Assembly: GCF_036321535.1 (NCBI RefSeq)
Contig: NC_087473.1
Span: 16,554,001 to 16,618,000 of the forward strand
Length of the DNA: 64,000 nt
DNA from: Camelus dromedarius
Taxonomy: Eukaryota
Reading direction: 5' to 3'
The position numbers were made by a program, and so were the translations under genes. A model generated the notes under the pieces. The model searched no databases, was not told the DNA's origin, and worked only from the letters and a program-made list of their open reading frames with translations. Position 1 is the stretch's first letter; each line of letters starts with the position of its first letter. Of the stretch, positions 1 through 10,872 are shown in pieces.

Positions 1-960
1 GAGGCAGCCCCTGATTATGAGGTGGATGTGTCTGCCTGGGCCAATCAGCAGGGAGGCAGCCCCTGCTTATGAGGCTGGTGTCTGCTGGGTTGGTCCAGCC
101 ACTGAGAGGATAGAGTTGACCATGGAGCTTGAAGCTGCAGCACAAGTGATCGGAATCACCCTCTAACAGAAGCCTTATTGCTGAGTGCTCTGGAAGCCTC
201 TCTGTGAAGAGGTGGGCCGTGAATGTTCTTTGCAGGAAATACTTCTGACCAGTACCTTCTGTAGGCATTTAGTACTTGACTTAATGGTGAAATGTGAACT
301 GTCAATCGGCCAAGGGTTTAACCATTTTCTGGAAATAGACATCTTCTAAATTGTGGCAAAAATTTTAAACAAAAAAATTACTGAAATGAATGTGGACTTA
401 CCTAAGAAAAATTTTTAATGTGGGATGTAAGGAAACCTTTTTAACAGGGTTCCCCATGAAGGATGTTGGTTACCTCCATCGTATTTGGAAGCAGATCCTT
501 CAGTCACATATTCTTTGAGATGGATGAAATAATGTGTTTTGGTACAATTTAGTGAGAGGAATTTGGTTTGAAGGCCAATAATGAGAAAGTCAGCATCTCT
601 TATGAGCTACAGTCCCCGGAAGGTTCTCCTGTTGTCCTGGGCCCACGCTTTTTCTCCATTGTTCATTGGGAGTGGGATTTCCCAGGGAAAAGCTCAGGGC
701 GTGGCATCTGGGCCAGTGGAGAGGAGTGTGGGACGAGGCTGTGCCCAGGAGGGGTGGCCCCTGCACTGCTCGATCACAAAGGCACCCGGTTCCCCTGAAC
801 CTCTGGGCCCCTGTCCCCACCGCACCAGGGTCCCTAGTGTTAGCTCTCTCCCCTCCTCCTTGTGAGATCACCCAGCGCGGGGAGAGAAATGACAGACTAG
901 AACCCTGGTCCCCTGGGTACCTGACCCTGTGGTGCCCGGGGCCCCTCCTCTGGGCAGGCG

Positions 961-1434
961 GCTGCAACTATTCTTAGTAGCCAAAGGGTGGAAGCAGCCC
1001 AAATGTCCACCAATGGATGAATGGATAAATAATATGTCTTACATTGATGCAATGGGATATTATTCTGCTTTAAAAAGGAAGGAAATGCTGACACAGGCTA
1101 CAGCATGGATGAACCTCGAGGGCACTGTGCTCAGTGAGAGAAGCAGACACAGAAAGACTGTGTGGTCCCACTGAAAGGAATCCCCTAGAAGAGTCAGGTT
1201 CACAGAGACAGAAAGTGGTGCGGAGCTTGCCAGGGGCTGGGGAGGGGGCTGGGCTTGGTGCTCAGTGGGGACAGAGTGTCTGTCTGGGAAGATGAAAGGG
1301 TTCTGCAGGTGGCGAGTCCCGCAGGTGGCTGGTGGGCATGGTTGCACAAGGTGCGTATCCGTAATGCCACTGAACTGTGCACTTAAAAATGGAGACGATT
1401 GCTCATTTTATGTCTATTTTACCACAATAAAAAC
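961..1434 (+). mobile_element. Old L1 (L1MB-like) ORF2 end and 3' UTR fragment
   Basis: tagccaaagggtggaagcagcccaaatgtcc...atggatgaacctcgag...gtgaactgtgcacttaaaaatgg-like 3' end; translation WKQPKCPPMDEWINNM matches the L1 ORF2 C-terminus. Confidence 0.85.
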
Positions 1435-1451
1435 AATTACATTTCTGTTTT

Positions 1452-1612
1452 TATTTATTATTATCATTTTTTAATTCTATTTTTGGGGGTGGAGAGATAA
1501 CTAGGTTTGCTTATTTATTATTTTCTTTTTATTTAACAGAGGTACTGGGGATCGAACCCATGACCTCATGCATGCTAAGCATGTGGTCTACCGCTGAGCT
1601 ATACCCTCCCCC
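1452..1612 (-). mobile_element. tRNA(Ala)-derived SINE, camelid vic-1-like, with perfect 14-bp TSD
   Basis: Reverse complement reads GGGGAGGGTATAGCTCAGCGGTAGACCACATGCTTAGCATGCATGAGGTCATGGGTTCGATCCCCAGTACCTCT plus an A-rich tail. TSD TACATTTCTGTTTT at 1438-1451 and 1613-1626. Confidence 0.9.
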
Positions 1613-2524
1613 TACATTTCTGTTTTAAGTGCTAGAAGCCATTCAAGGATTATGATGTTGTATATTGTGAAAGTTCCTGGGCAGGAGAGGCAGACAGTGG
1701 TGACTACATCCTCCAGGACATTGTCACATAAATATCGCAGATGCGTGTGTCTCCTGTCCCCTGGATGATTCGCACCCTGCACCGGGGAAGAGACCTGGCT
1801 TTCGTGTCCCCTGAGCGCACACACAGTGAAGACGCAGTCCCAGTGTCGTGGGCATATGGAACGGGTCTCAAGCACGTCACCGCCGAGCGCTGCTCTGTGA
1901 GTCGGCCGTCCAGACGAGGGCCCCTCAGTGGGTGCTTTCTGGATCACCTCCGTGTGCTGCTGCCCTTGGCATCTGTGTAGCAGGCAAGACACAGGAGCCT
2001 GGGAAAGCCTGTCTCCTTTCTAGAAGGTCCCTCAGAGCATAGACCGTAACAGCAAGCATTTTGTATTTGAGGTAATTCTCAGAAACCTGCATGCACAAAA
2101 ACGCTGGCCTCACAGTTGTTGTAACTTCTGCAGAGTGGCAGCTTGGAAAAAAGAGCTGGGAAACTATCCCGCCTGACTGCTGTGGTCCCCAGGCGTTGGG
2201 CGGATGGGTCTCGGCTCAGTGAGGCACGGCTGCCGTAGCACACGCTCTGCTGTTGTCTGTCGGGTGCGTCAGGTGAAGGGAACCCATGGGTGTGAGTGAG
2301 TTAGAAGGAGCGTAGGTTTCTCTCCATCACGCCTATTGGTGTAGAACTGAAAACTGACCACCTGTCCAGTGTCTTTATATCATGTTCCGTTTTACAGCTG
2401 TCCCATGCAGTATGCAGGGTCAGTCTCCTTCAGCTTTTAGTAAGGATACAGGTTTAGAGGAGTCAAGTGAAGAAGGAGGAATTGGACCTCTGGACTTGGA
2501 GGCCGTTACCGCTCTGCCCTGACT

Positions 2525-2667
2525 GAGAACATCGTGTATGGCCCAGGTCTGCACCCACCGGGTGGCAGCAGCGCCCCCTCCCCCAGTTGTGACACCCCAA
2601 AAGTATCTCTGGACAGGGCCAAATGCCCTGGGGGACGGGGTCCACAATGTCCCTGCTGAAGAACCAC
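2525..2667 (-). mobile_element. MER20 (hAT-Charlie) fragment
   Basis: cccccagttgtgacaccccaaaagtatctctggacagggccaaatgccctgggg...gaagaaccac matches the MER20 consensus as recalled. Confidence 0.7.
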
Positions 2668-3203
2668 CCCCTTCAGCACCTGCGCCCCGCGGTGGACCGG
2701 GGAGGCACTGTGACGGGCCTGTCCAGGTGTGTTATGTGGCGGCTGGAAATTCTGGGCTCCTGAGTCATGCTCATCTTGGAAGGGGACCCTTCAGTGAGCT
2801 GTCATTGCCTTGCACAAGCCTGTTCTCCAAAGCCTGCTCCAGAAACGAGGGTATAACGTCTGGTCACCGCACACTTAGGTCAGAACTAATTAGCATGCTC
2901 CCTTGAAAAGGGCGGGGCCGTCCCGTGATTCAGCAGGAACTTACCTCCTGGGGGATATGAACTCACCATTCGTGGCCCTTCCGAAGTGCTGGTTAGGAAT
3001 CTCCAGTGACATTAGAATGCAGGCGTTGCAGAGTGTCCCCTTTGAGGGGGGAGAGGTGTCGAAATTCCCCCTGTGAGAACCGGTCGCTCCCAACACCACG
3101 CCCCCTGGCTGTTGACCCCAGCGGGAGGGACCAGGTCTTTGGGGCTGGGTGTTCCTGGCGCCTTTTCCTGCCAGTGCAGAGAGCACCTGCTGTGCTTTGT
3201 GCT

Positions 3204-3232
3204 TGTGTGTGTGTGTGTGTGTGTGTGTGTGT
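3204..3232. repeat. (TG)14 microsatellite
   Basis: Read directly. Confidence 0.98.
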
Positions 3233-3385
3233 CTCGTTTTTCTCTTCCTGAGGTCTGTCCTTGATTGCTAACAATCTCTGAAATGTTGTCACCGCATTTT
3301 CGTGTTTACAGTGGTGAATTTTGTCCTCTCAGAATCCAGGCCCCAGTTGCTTCTCCACCACTAGCTATGCCACTGTGGCTCAGTG

Positions 3386-4141
3386 TGTACTCGCTTCCTG
3401 GGGCAGCGGTAACAAATGACCACAGACTTGGTTGCCTTGAACAACAGGAATGTATGCTCTCGTGGTTCTAGAGGACAGAAATCTTAGATCAAGGTGTCGC
3501 AGGGCCACGCTCCCTCCGGAGGCTCCAGGGGGAGGGTCCCTCCTGCCTCTTCCAGCTTCTGGGGGCTCCAGGCGTCCCTGGGCTGGCGGCCGCCTATTTC
3601 CCTACGTGGCGTCTCCTCTGTTTCTTTCTTCTCGTGTGAGGACACCTGTTGCTGTGGTCAGAATGTTTGTCCCCCTCCACTCCAAATTCATGTGTGATGG
3701 TGTTAGAAGGTGGGGCCTTTGAGAGGGAATTAGGTCACGAGGGTGGAGCCCTACGAATGGGATTAGGGTCCTCACAAGGGAGGCCCCAGGGAGCTCCCTC
3801 ACCCCTGCCTCCACGTGAGGACGAAGGAGGTAGATGGTCATCTTGTGAACCAGGGAGAGAGCTCCCTCACCAGACCCTGAGTCTCCCAGCAATTTGATCT
3901 TAAATTCCAGCCTGCACAACCGTGAGAAGTACATTTGTTTGAAGCTTTCAGCCCACTGTGTTTTACTATAATGGCTGGAACAGACTAAGACACCAGTCAT
4001 TGGGTTTAGAGCTCCCCCTAAACCCTGGATGTCTCATTCCAAGGTCCATCTTCACCTCTGCATGGCCCCCTTTTCCCCCAAGAAGTACCAGGGGTTAGGA
4101 CTCGGACATAGCTCCTGGGGTGCCACCGTTCAGCCACTACC
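3386..4141 (-). mobile_element. MaLR solo LTR (MLT1C-like), split by a nested LTR
   Basis: Left part aacaaatgaccacagacttggttgccttgaacaacagg...caaggtgtc; right part ccagtcattgggtttag...gttcagccactac continues the same consensus. Confidence 0.8.
3650..3992 (+). mobile_element. MaLR solo LTR (MLT1A/MST-like) nested in the previous LTR
   Basis: TG...CA ends (tgctgtggtcagaatgtttg...cagactaagaca) and a 5-bp TSD, cctgt (3645-3649) / ccagt (3993-3997). Confidence 0.85.
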
Positions 4142-5959
4142 CTTGGTCCGCACCTTTGACCTGCAACACCATGGTGTTGGCCGCCTCACCTTTCAGGCAG
4201 TTGCCAAGGCTCTTCAGAGGGAGGTGGTCTGCCCACGCCCCTTACCCAGGCCGGTCACGCTGAGGAGGCGCTGCGTGCCGTCTGCAGAATGCACGTGTAG
4301 GAGGTCTAGGCTGGGCAGGGCCCCACACAGCATATCCCGTCCCAGGGCAGTGTGGGTGTCAGTTCTACTCATGGGTGACAGGGTGGCATTGGTCAGCGGG
4401 CTCCCGGGACACGTGCCACCATCTTCCCATGCCTCACTGCAGAGATCCAGACTTGACGCCCGCCCCACGGTTCCCGGAACACGTGGCGTGCGCCCGTCTG
4501 CAGTGCTGTCATCTCCTCCGGTCCTTCCCGCTCACTCCTCACTGCGGGTCTCTGGGTTTAGGGTGAGGAGTTAACCGATGCCGCCTGATCCAGTAGGGCC
4601 TTGATAGATATGTCCTCTCGGCAGGTGAGTCCCAAGGAGACACCTGCAAGAACGCATGTCCGCCATCAGTCTTTCCTGCACGTTCCCCTTTCCAATCCGC
4701 TCCAGGGACAGCCTCCATGTTCTTTGTCACCAAGCGTAGGTCTCCAGGGGGAAGTCAGACGGGATCCGTCTTCCATAGGGTCACTGATTCCCCACGTCTC
4801 TCATCTCTCCCTGTGGATTAATCCTCTGAGTGCTGATTCTTTATAGCAACAGCTGTCTGTCTGCCCTTCCCTTAAACCGAATTAAGCACACCAGGGCCTA
4901 CGAGCCGTTGGCTGGGTTTCATTTATATACTTAATTAACCAGCTTCTCCGCAGGACAGAACTGCGTTCGCATTTTTAGTCTTTTACTTCTCAGAGCGAAT
5001 AAGGAACAGTTGTGCGTTATGCAAAGGATACAGAAGTTTTTGAAGCACTGCGGCAGGCCTGTGCCAGGAGATTCGAATGACCCATCGCTGACTCTGACCT
5101 GGAGTCCGATGTGATGGGGGTGCCCGTGGCAAACACCTGCCCTTTACCTTCCTGTGTGTGCTTGACGTGCAGGGCCCTGCCCCGCCGCCAGCAGAGTTCA
5201 TCGTGGCTGTGTGACAGGTGACGGAATGGAGGTCCAGGAGGGGACATCATTGCCGGGGGCTATGGCCAGGTCCCTCTCTTGAGTTTCATGTTTGTTTTGG
5301 TGCAGACATTTTAAAGGAGCTGAGTATGTTTTGTCTGATTTAAAAAACAGTCATCCCAAAACATTTTTGATTCATTCCACCATGGATAACAATGTCGAGT
5401 ACGCACACCAGTATAGTCTTGCTGGTGTGTGTGTGTCTGTGTATAGCACTGCTCTGTTAACATTAGGCATGTTACAAAGTATCCACAGAACTAGAAATGT
5501 TAGAAGGATTAATGAAATAAAACCATATATAAATTTTTTTTAATGAATAGCACCAAAGAACTTTTCCTGCACAATTTTCTTTTTCCAGTAGGTTTTAGAG
5601 AAAACACGTATTTAAATATGCTATATTATTTTTTGAATGTGTTGGTTTGCTATTGTGTGATAACAGAAATCTGAATATTCTGTTTTAAATTCAGGTCAGC
5701 TTGTCACTCAGCTCTAATCTCTGTATCCTGAGCGAGGTGGTGATTGGATGTATATCTGTTATGATGATTGTTTCATCCCACTTACCAGATCAGTAAAGGT
5801 TTTTATTGAAATTTAGCTAATAAATAATACATATTTCTCCATGATATTCATCAGTGGTTGTTGCAAACGAATTGAATGGTGTGGCTTTTTTTTTTTTTTT
5901 TAATATTTTAAAATAGAAGATTCAAACCCCATAGAAAGTCTTCAGGTGGAATACTTTCC

Positions 5960-7760
5960 CACTGATTGGAATTTGCTCTCAGGGTGAGGCTAAGTGTGTG
6001 TGTTCATGAGACGCATGCCTCTGTAGTTCTGTTGTATGACCTGTGTCTGGTCTCACAAAATGAGTTGGGAAGTGAGCGTTCCCTTTGGTTTTCCGAGGCT
6101 TCTTTAGTGTCGGCGTGCTTTCTTTCTGAGACCCTTGGTAAACCCACCGAAGACGCCACCCAACCCTCGGCTGGGGACGTGTTTTAACTACAGATTCAGT
6201 TCCTTTAGTGGATATAGGGCTAGTTAGGTCATTAGTGTCTTCTTGAGGGAGCTTTGTATCTTTCAGAGAACTTGTCCATTTTATCTGCGTTGTCAGATTT
6301 ATTGGCATGAACTGTCATAATATTTTTCTGTATCCTTTTAATCATGTTAAGGGCCTTTAGTGCTGTCCCTCTTTCATTATGGTAATCTTGGATTTTTTCT
6401 TTTTTAATCTTGATCTGTCTAGCTAACAGTCTCCCAATTAAATTGATCTTTTTAAAGAACTAGGTTTTGGTTTAATTGGTTTCCTGTGTTCTTTTTTCTG
6501 TTTTCTACTTCATTGATTTCCTCTCTTATTTTAATTCTTCCATTCTTTTTTTTTTTTTTTTGAGTTTAATTTTCTCTTTTTCCTTCATCTTCTTATGATA
6601 AAACCTTAGATTGTAGATCTTCTTTCTCACAGCTGTTTTTTAATGTGATGACTTATATCACTGATCTGAGACCCTCTTCTCTAATATAAGAATTTAATGC
6701 TATAAATTTTCCTCTAAAAATGTTTTAGCTATGTCCCACAAATCTGGTATGTTATATTTTCATTCTCTACAAAATGTCATCTAATTTCCCTTTGTGATTT
6801 CATATTTGACCAACGTCTTACATAGAAGTGTGTGGTTTAATGTCCAAATATTTTTGATTTTTCAAGTACTATTCAATCGTCATTGCCTGTTTTAATTCTG
6901 CTGTGGTCAGGGAACTTACTTTTTATGATTTCGGTTCTTTAAAATGTTTTGAGAATTGTTGTCTGACCGATACAGTATGTTCCTTCTTGTTGAGTGTTTC
7001 ATATGCAGTTGAAAATAATAGGTATTCTGCTGTTGTTGGGTAAAGTGTTATACAAATGTCATTGGGGTTTAGTTGCCTGATGGTGTTTTTGACGTCTGGT
7101 TCATCTTGTCTCTCTTGTTCTGTCCATTACTGAGAGAGGAGTTTGAAACCTCTGTCCCTGTTTCTCCTTTCTGTTCTTTGAGTTTTTGCTTTATGTATTT
7201 TGAAGCTCTGTTATTTGATGCATACACATTTAGAATTACCGTATCTTCTTGATGAGTTGAACTATTTTTGCATTGTGAAATGTCCAAAGTTGTCCCTGAT
7301 AATTGTCATTCGTTGTTCTGAAGCCCGGTTGCCTGTTGTTAAATTAACATAGCTACCCTGACTCTTGATTGGTAGTGATATGATACATAGTTTTCGATCC
7401 TTTTATTTTTAACCTAACCAAGTATTTATCTTGAAAGTAAGTTTCTTGCAGACAACACGTATTCGGGTCTCACTTTTGTTTTTGTTTTAGTTTTTTTCAT
7501 TCTGACAGTCCCTGATTTGGGCGTATATATAATATTTATAAAGCTGTTCTACAAGGTTATGTAATTCCATCGTCTTGGCCATTTCTGCGTCCATTTCTAT
7601 GACTGCTTTTTTCCTCCTGGTTGTGGGTTCTGTTTGCTCCTCTGAAAGTGTGGGAATTTTGATGGGATGTCAGACGCAGAATTTGGCATCCATCCGAGTG
7701 CTAGATTCTAATGTATTCTTTAAAGGGTTTCACGTGTCTTGGCGTGGAGTTGAGATCCAC
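5960..7760 (-). mobile_element. Old L1 (L1M) fragment covering the ORF2 endonuclease/linker plus a more 5' piece
   Basis: Minus-strand translations HQEDTVILNVYASNNRASKYIKQKLKE (endonuclease domain) and QIKWTSSLKDTKLPQED; T-rich plus strand; many stops and frameshifts. Confidence 0.85.
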
Positions 7761-8636
7761 GCCTCCCTCTGAGCGTCTCTGAAGGATCAAGTGCTCAGTA
7801 TCTGTTCCTCACTAAATGGGTTCTGGTTTAGGGGGAAAAATTACTGTATCCGTCTTTTCTGTAGCAACTGAAAAAGTATTAAAACAGTCACAATGACGCG
7901 ATAATGTAAAATACTATTTTATACAAACCATAGCACTTTGGGTGGATTTAGACATTACTGTCGTAACCGGCCTGGGCTGAACTGTCACTTTTGACACATT
8001 TCTGATGACTGGCCCTTTCGTCAGTGGCTCTGTGGATAAGTGCATTAACCCGCGTGTCCCTGGGACTTAAGCCCTGCCATTAATGAGTAGGGGAATGTGT
8101 CTTTCACGTGGTGCGTTGTTGTGGTTTCTCTCTCTGGCCCCTTAGTAGGTGGTCCGACAGCTTTCCTTCAGCCGGGGGGCCTTTCCGTCAGCCTCGGATG
8201 GAGGCTGGGTCCGGATCCAGGGCTGTGAGGAATGACTGAATAGCTTTCTGTAGAAGACAAAAGTTTTCTCAGAAAACACCAAGAGCATAGTCCTTGTGTA
8301 GTCCCTGCTTCAAAACAGACACAACACAGTGTCCCGAGTGCACAGGGCCTTCCTTTGCACAGAGCAAAATGAAAGGGTTTGCTCTGAGAGGATGGGGAAG
8401 CAAGGCCACATCTTCCCAGTAAAATCTCCTCTGTTACTTTGGGAAAAGCTGTCACTAAGCTCTGAATGGCTTTCCGATTTTGTGCCCAGTGGGGACGTTC
8501 CAGCTGATAACCGCTGTGGGGACAGTGCGTGTGGGCACTCTCGTTCCTGGGAAGACGTGGCCGAGTCGGGGCGTCCCCGGAGGCCTGCGCCCGGCGCCTG
8601 TCCCCGTCCCTGAAGGCTGTCCCTCCTCCTCCCCAG

Positions 8637-8866
8637 GTGTGGAGAAGCTGGTCCGCCACCTGCGGAGGCACGGCGTGCCCTGCGCCGTGGCCACCAGCTC
8701 GGGGACCGCGTCCTTCCAGATGAAGACCCACAGACACGAGGACTTCTTCAGCCTGTTCGACCACGTCGTCTTGGGGGACGACCCCGAAGTGAAGAGTGGG
8801 AAACCGGAGCCGGACATATTCCTGGCGTGTGCCCGGAGGTTTTCGCCCACTCCCCCCATGGAGAAG
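8637..8866 (+). CDS. PUDP: Pseudouridine-5'-phosphatase (HDHD1), internal coding exon (exon 3), 230 bp
   Basis: Acceptor ccctcctcctccccAG at 8635-8636 and donor AAG|GTAAGC at 8867. Translates to (G)[76 protein letters not shown], with HAD motif II (TSS) and the motif III lysine (GKPEPD). Recognisably orthologous to human PUDP exon 3. Confidence 0.97.
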
Positions 8867-8990
8867 GTAAGCCTGGCAGGGATGAAGGGTGGGGGCAGCG
8901 GAGTGGGGGTCACACTGTCTGTGTGGTTCCACTCCGTGCCCACTGCTGCCCGGCAGTCCGTACAACTCGAGAGAGGGGGGTACTGGGGTC

Positions 8991-9249
8991 ACCAGGTAGG
9001 GGTGCACAGGGAGACCCCTTCACCCTGTGGGAACCACGGCCGCCCCACGTCCCCCCGGCTGGTGAGACCCGGCCTGAGTCGTGCGGATGCCTGAATGTAT
9101 CTGGGGAGGCCTCGGCCTGACCAGGTAGGGGTGCACAGGGAGACCCCTTCACCCTGTGGGAACCACGGCCGCCCCATGTCCCCCCGGCTGGTGAGACCCG
9201 GCCTGAGTCGTGCGGATGCCTGAATGTATCTGGGGAGGCCTCGGCCTGA
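8991..9249. repeat. 129-bp tandem duplication, two copies
   Basis: 8992-9120 versus 9121-9249; a single difference (C9048 / T9177, at a CpG). Confidence 0.95.
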
Positions 9250-10083
9250 GAGAGCACTGCTGGCCGGCTGTGTTCAGGGGAGGGGCCTTCCGCCATGCAG
9301 GCTGCGGCCTCCTGTGTGACCAGCCGACCTGGAAGCGCGCGCCCATGGTGGCTTGATTTGATTCGGTCGGCCAGGTCACGTTAAGCCAGCAGCACTCACT
9401 GCCCTGTACCTGAACGAATGCTCCTCAGGGCTGTCTCCTTCCTGCAGGGCTTCTTGTCACCACGGCCTTTGCTTTCCATGGGCAAGTTCCCAGGCTTCTG
9501 TGTTTCTCCCTGGGAAGGAGGCCGTGGTGAAGCCATGTCCTGCCTCCGTGGGCTGCTTCCTTATGCAGGGTTGGCAGTGGCCGTGGGTGGCATGCAGTGG
9601 TTCTGAGACTGGGGAAAGTGTTCGGAGTGAGTGCATGGTGCCTGTGCAGCCCTGCAGCAGGGTCTCCTTGCCGCACACGGGAGCTGCTCACACAGAGGGC
9701 GTTGCCTCCACCATCTGCAGACAGCAATCCCACAGCATCCCAGGCTTCTCAAGGGGTTCCTGCTGGTGACCCAGGCGTGTCTGCAGCATGACGGGCATTC
9801 CTCAGGATGACGGTGGCCCGCATGCTGCTTTGTGGGGAGTTAGTGCTGGGAACAGTTTCCATGAAGGGTCTTCTCACCCTTCACCTCTCTCACTAACCAG
9901 TGAGCCACGATGGGATGCTGACCATTTAGTTCAGGGAAGCTTGCTCAAAGTCCCCTCCCAATGCAGTTGAGAGAGGATGATCTTTCAGTGGTCTGGTTTT
10001 TCATCCCAGGGCCCAGCGTTGAACCTGTCAGGGCAGTTGAAATACATTTAACCCCTTTCCTTTTTCCCTTTTGTGTATATATA

Positions 10084-10133
10084 TTTTTATTGAAGTATAG
10101 TCAGTTTATAGTGTTGTGTCAATTTCTGGTGTA
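10084..10133 (-). mobile_element. Very short young L1 3' tail
   Basis: tttttattgaagtatagtcagtttatagtgttgtgtcaatttctggtgta, the same family as the tails at 41070 and 51382. Confidence 0.75.
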
Positions 10134-10144
10134 AAATACATAAC

Positions 10145-10872
10145 TCTTCTTTGGTTTCCCGGACTCCACTGGGCCTTTCAGGATCCAATTCAGTTCTGAC
10201 ACTGACGACCTGGAGTGAGTGCAGACCCCCTGGGTTAAGGGCTCAGCCCCGCAAGTCTGCCCCCACTTCAGACACCAGCCACCAGTGGGGTGGCCAGGCC
10301 ACTCACCCTTCTGCCCCGCCAACCACAGACTTGGGGGATCCCCCACGACCCTCTTCTCAGTTTTCATAATTCACGAGAATGACTCACAGAACTCAGGAAA
10401 ACACTTTCCTTGCATCCGCTTCCAGGTGTGTTGTAAGAGGAATCGCCCAGTAGAAGTCATGCTTAGTGCAAAGTATGGCTGGGGGGTGGCACTTCCACAC
10501 CCTGTCTCAGTGCACCGCCCTCCCGGCACCTCCGTGTCTGCAGAAGCTCCGAGAACCTTGTTTGCTAGGGGGCTTCATGGAGGCCCCATTACCTGGCACT
10601 GCTGATTAGAATCATTGGCCCTTGGTGAGTCTCTGGACCTGGAAGTTGGGGGCGGGATGAAGGTTCCAACCATTTAAACCGGCCTTGGTCTGGCTTGACT
10701 GGGGGCCCAGGGGAGTGACTTCCTTAGCATAAACTCAGGCGTGGCTGAAAGGGGCTTATTACCAATAAAAAAAAATAAAAGGCACTCTTATTGCTCAGGA
10801 AATTCCAAGGGTTTTAGGATCTCTGTGCTGGAAACCGGGGACAAAGGCCAAATACGTATATTTTTATTACAC
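10145..10872 (-). mobile_element. MER21-like ERVL LTR
   Basis: caattcagttctgacactgacgacctggagtgagtgcagacccc...aagggctcagccccgcaagtctgccccc...ctcaggaaattccaagggttttagg...accggggacaaaggccaaata. Confidence 0.85.

Noticed and set aside
1539-1612. tRNA-Ala(AGC) gene
   Set aside because: It has an A-rich tail and a 14-bp TSD, and mismatches or a bulge in the D, T and acceptor stems. It is a SINE head, not a tRNA gene.
1-8636. PUDP exons 1-2, STS, VCX-type genes or MIR4767 in this window
   Set aside because: No DxD motif I peptide or exon 2 peptide is present in any frame, and nothing resembles those neighbours. This stretch is intron 2.
8480-9094. 204-aa ORF as a standalone gene
   Set aside because: It is PUDP exon 3 with in-frame read-through into the flanking GC-rich introns; similarity to PUDP starts and stops at the splice sites.
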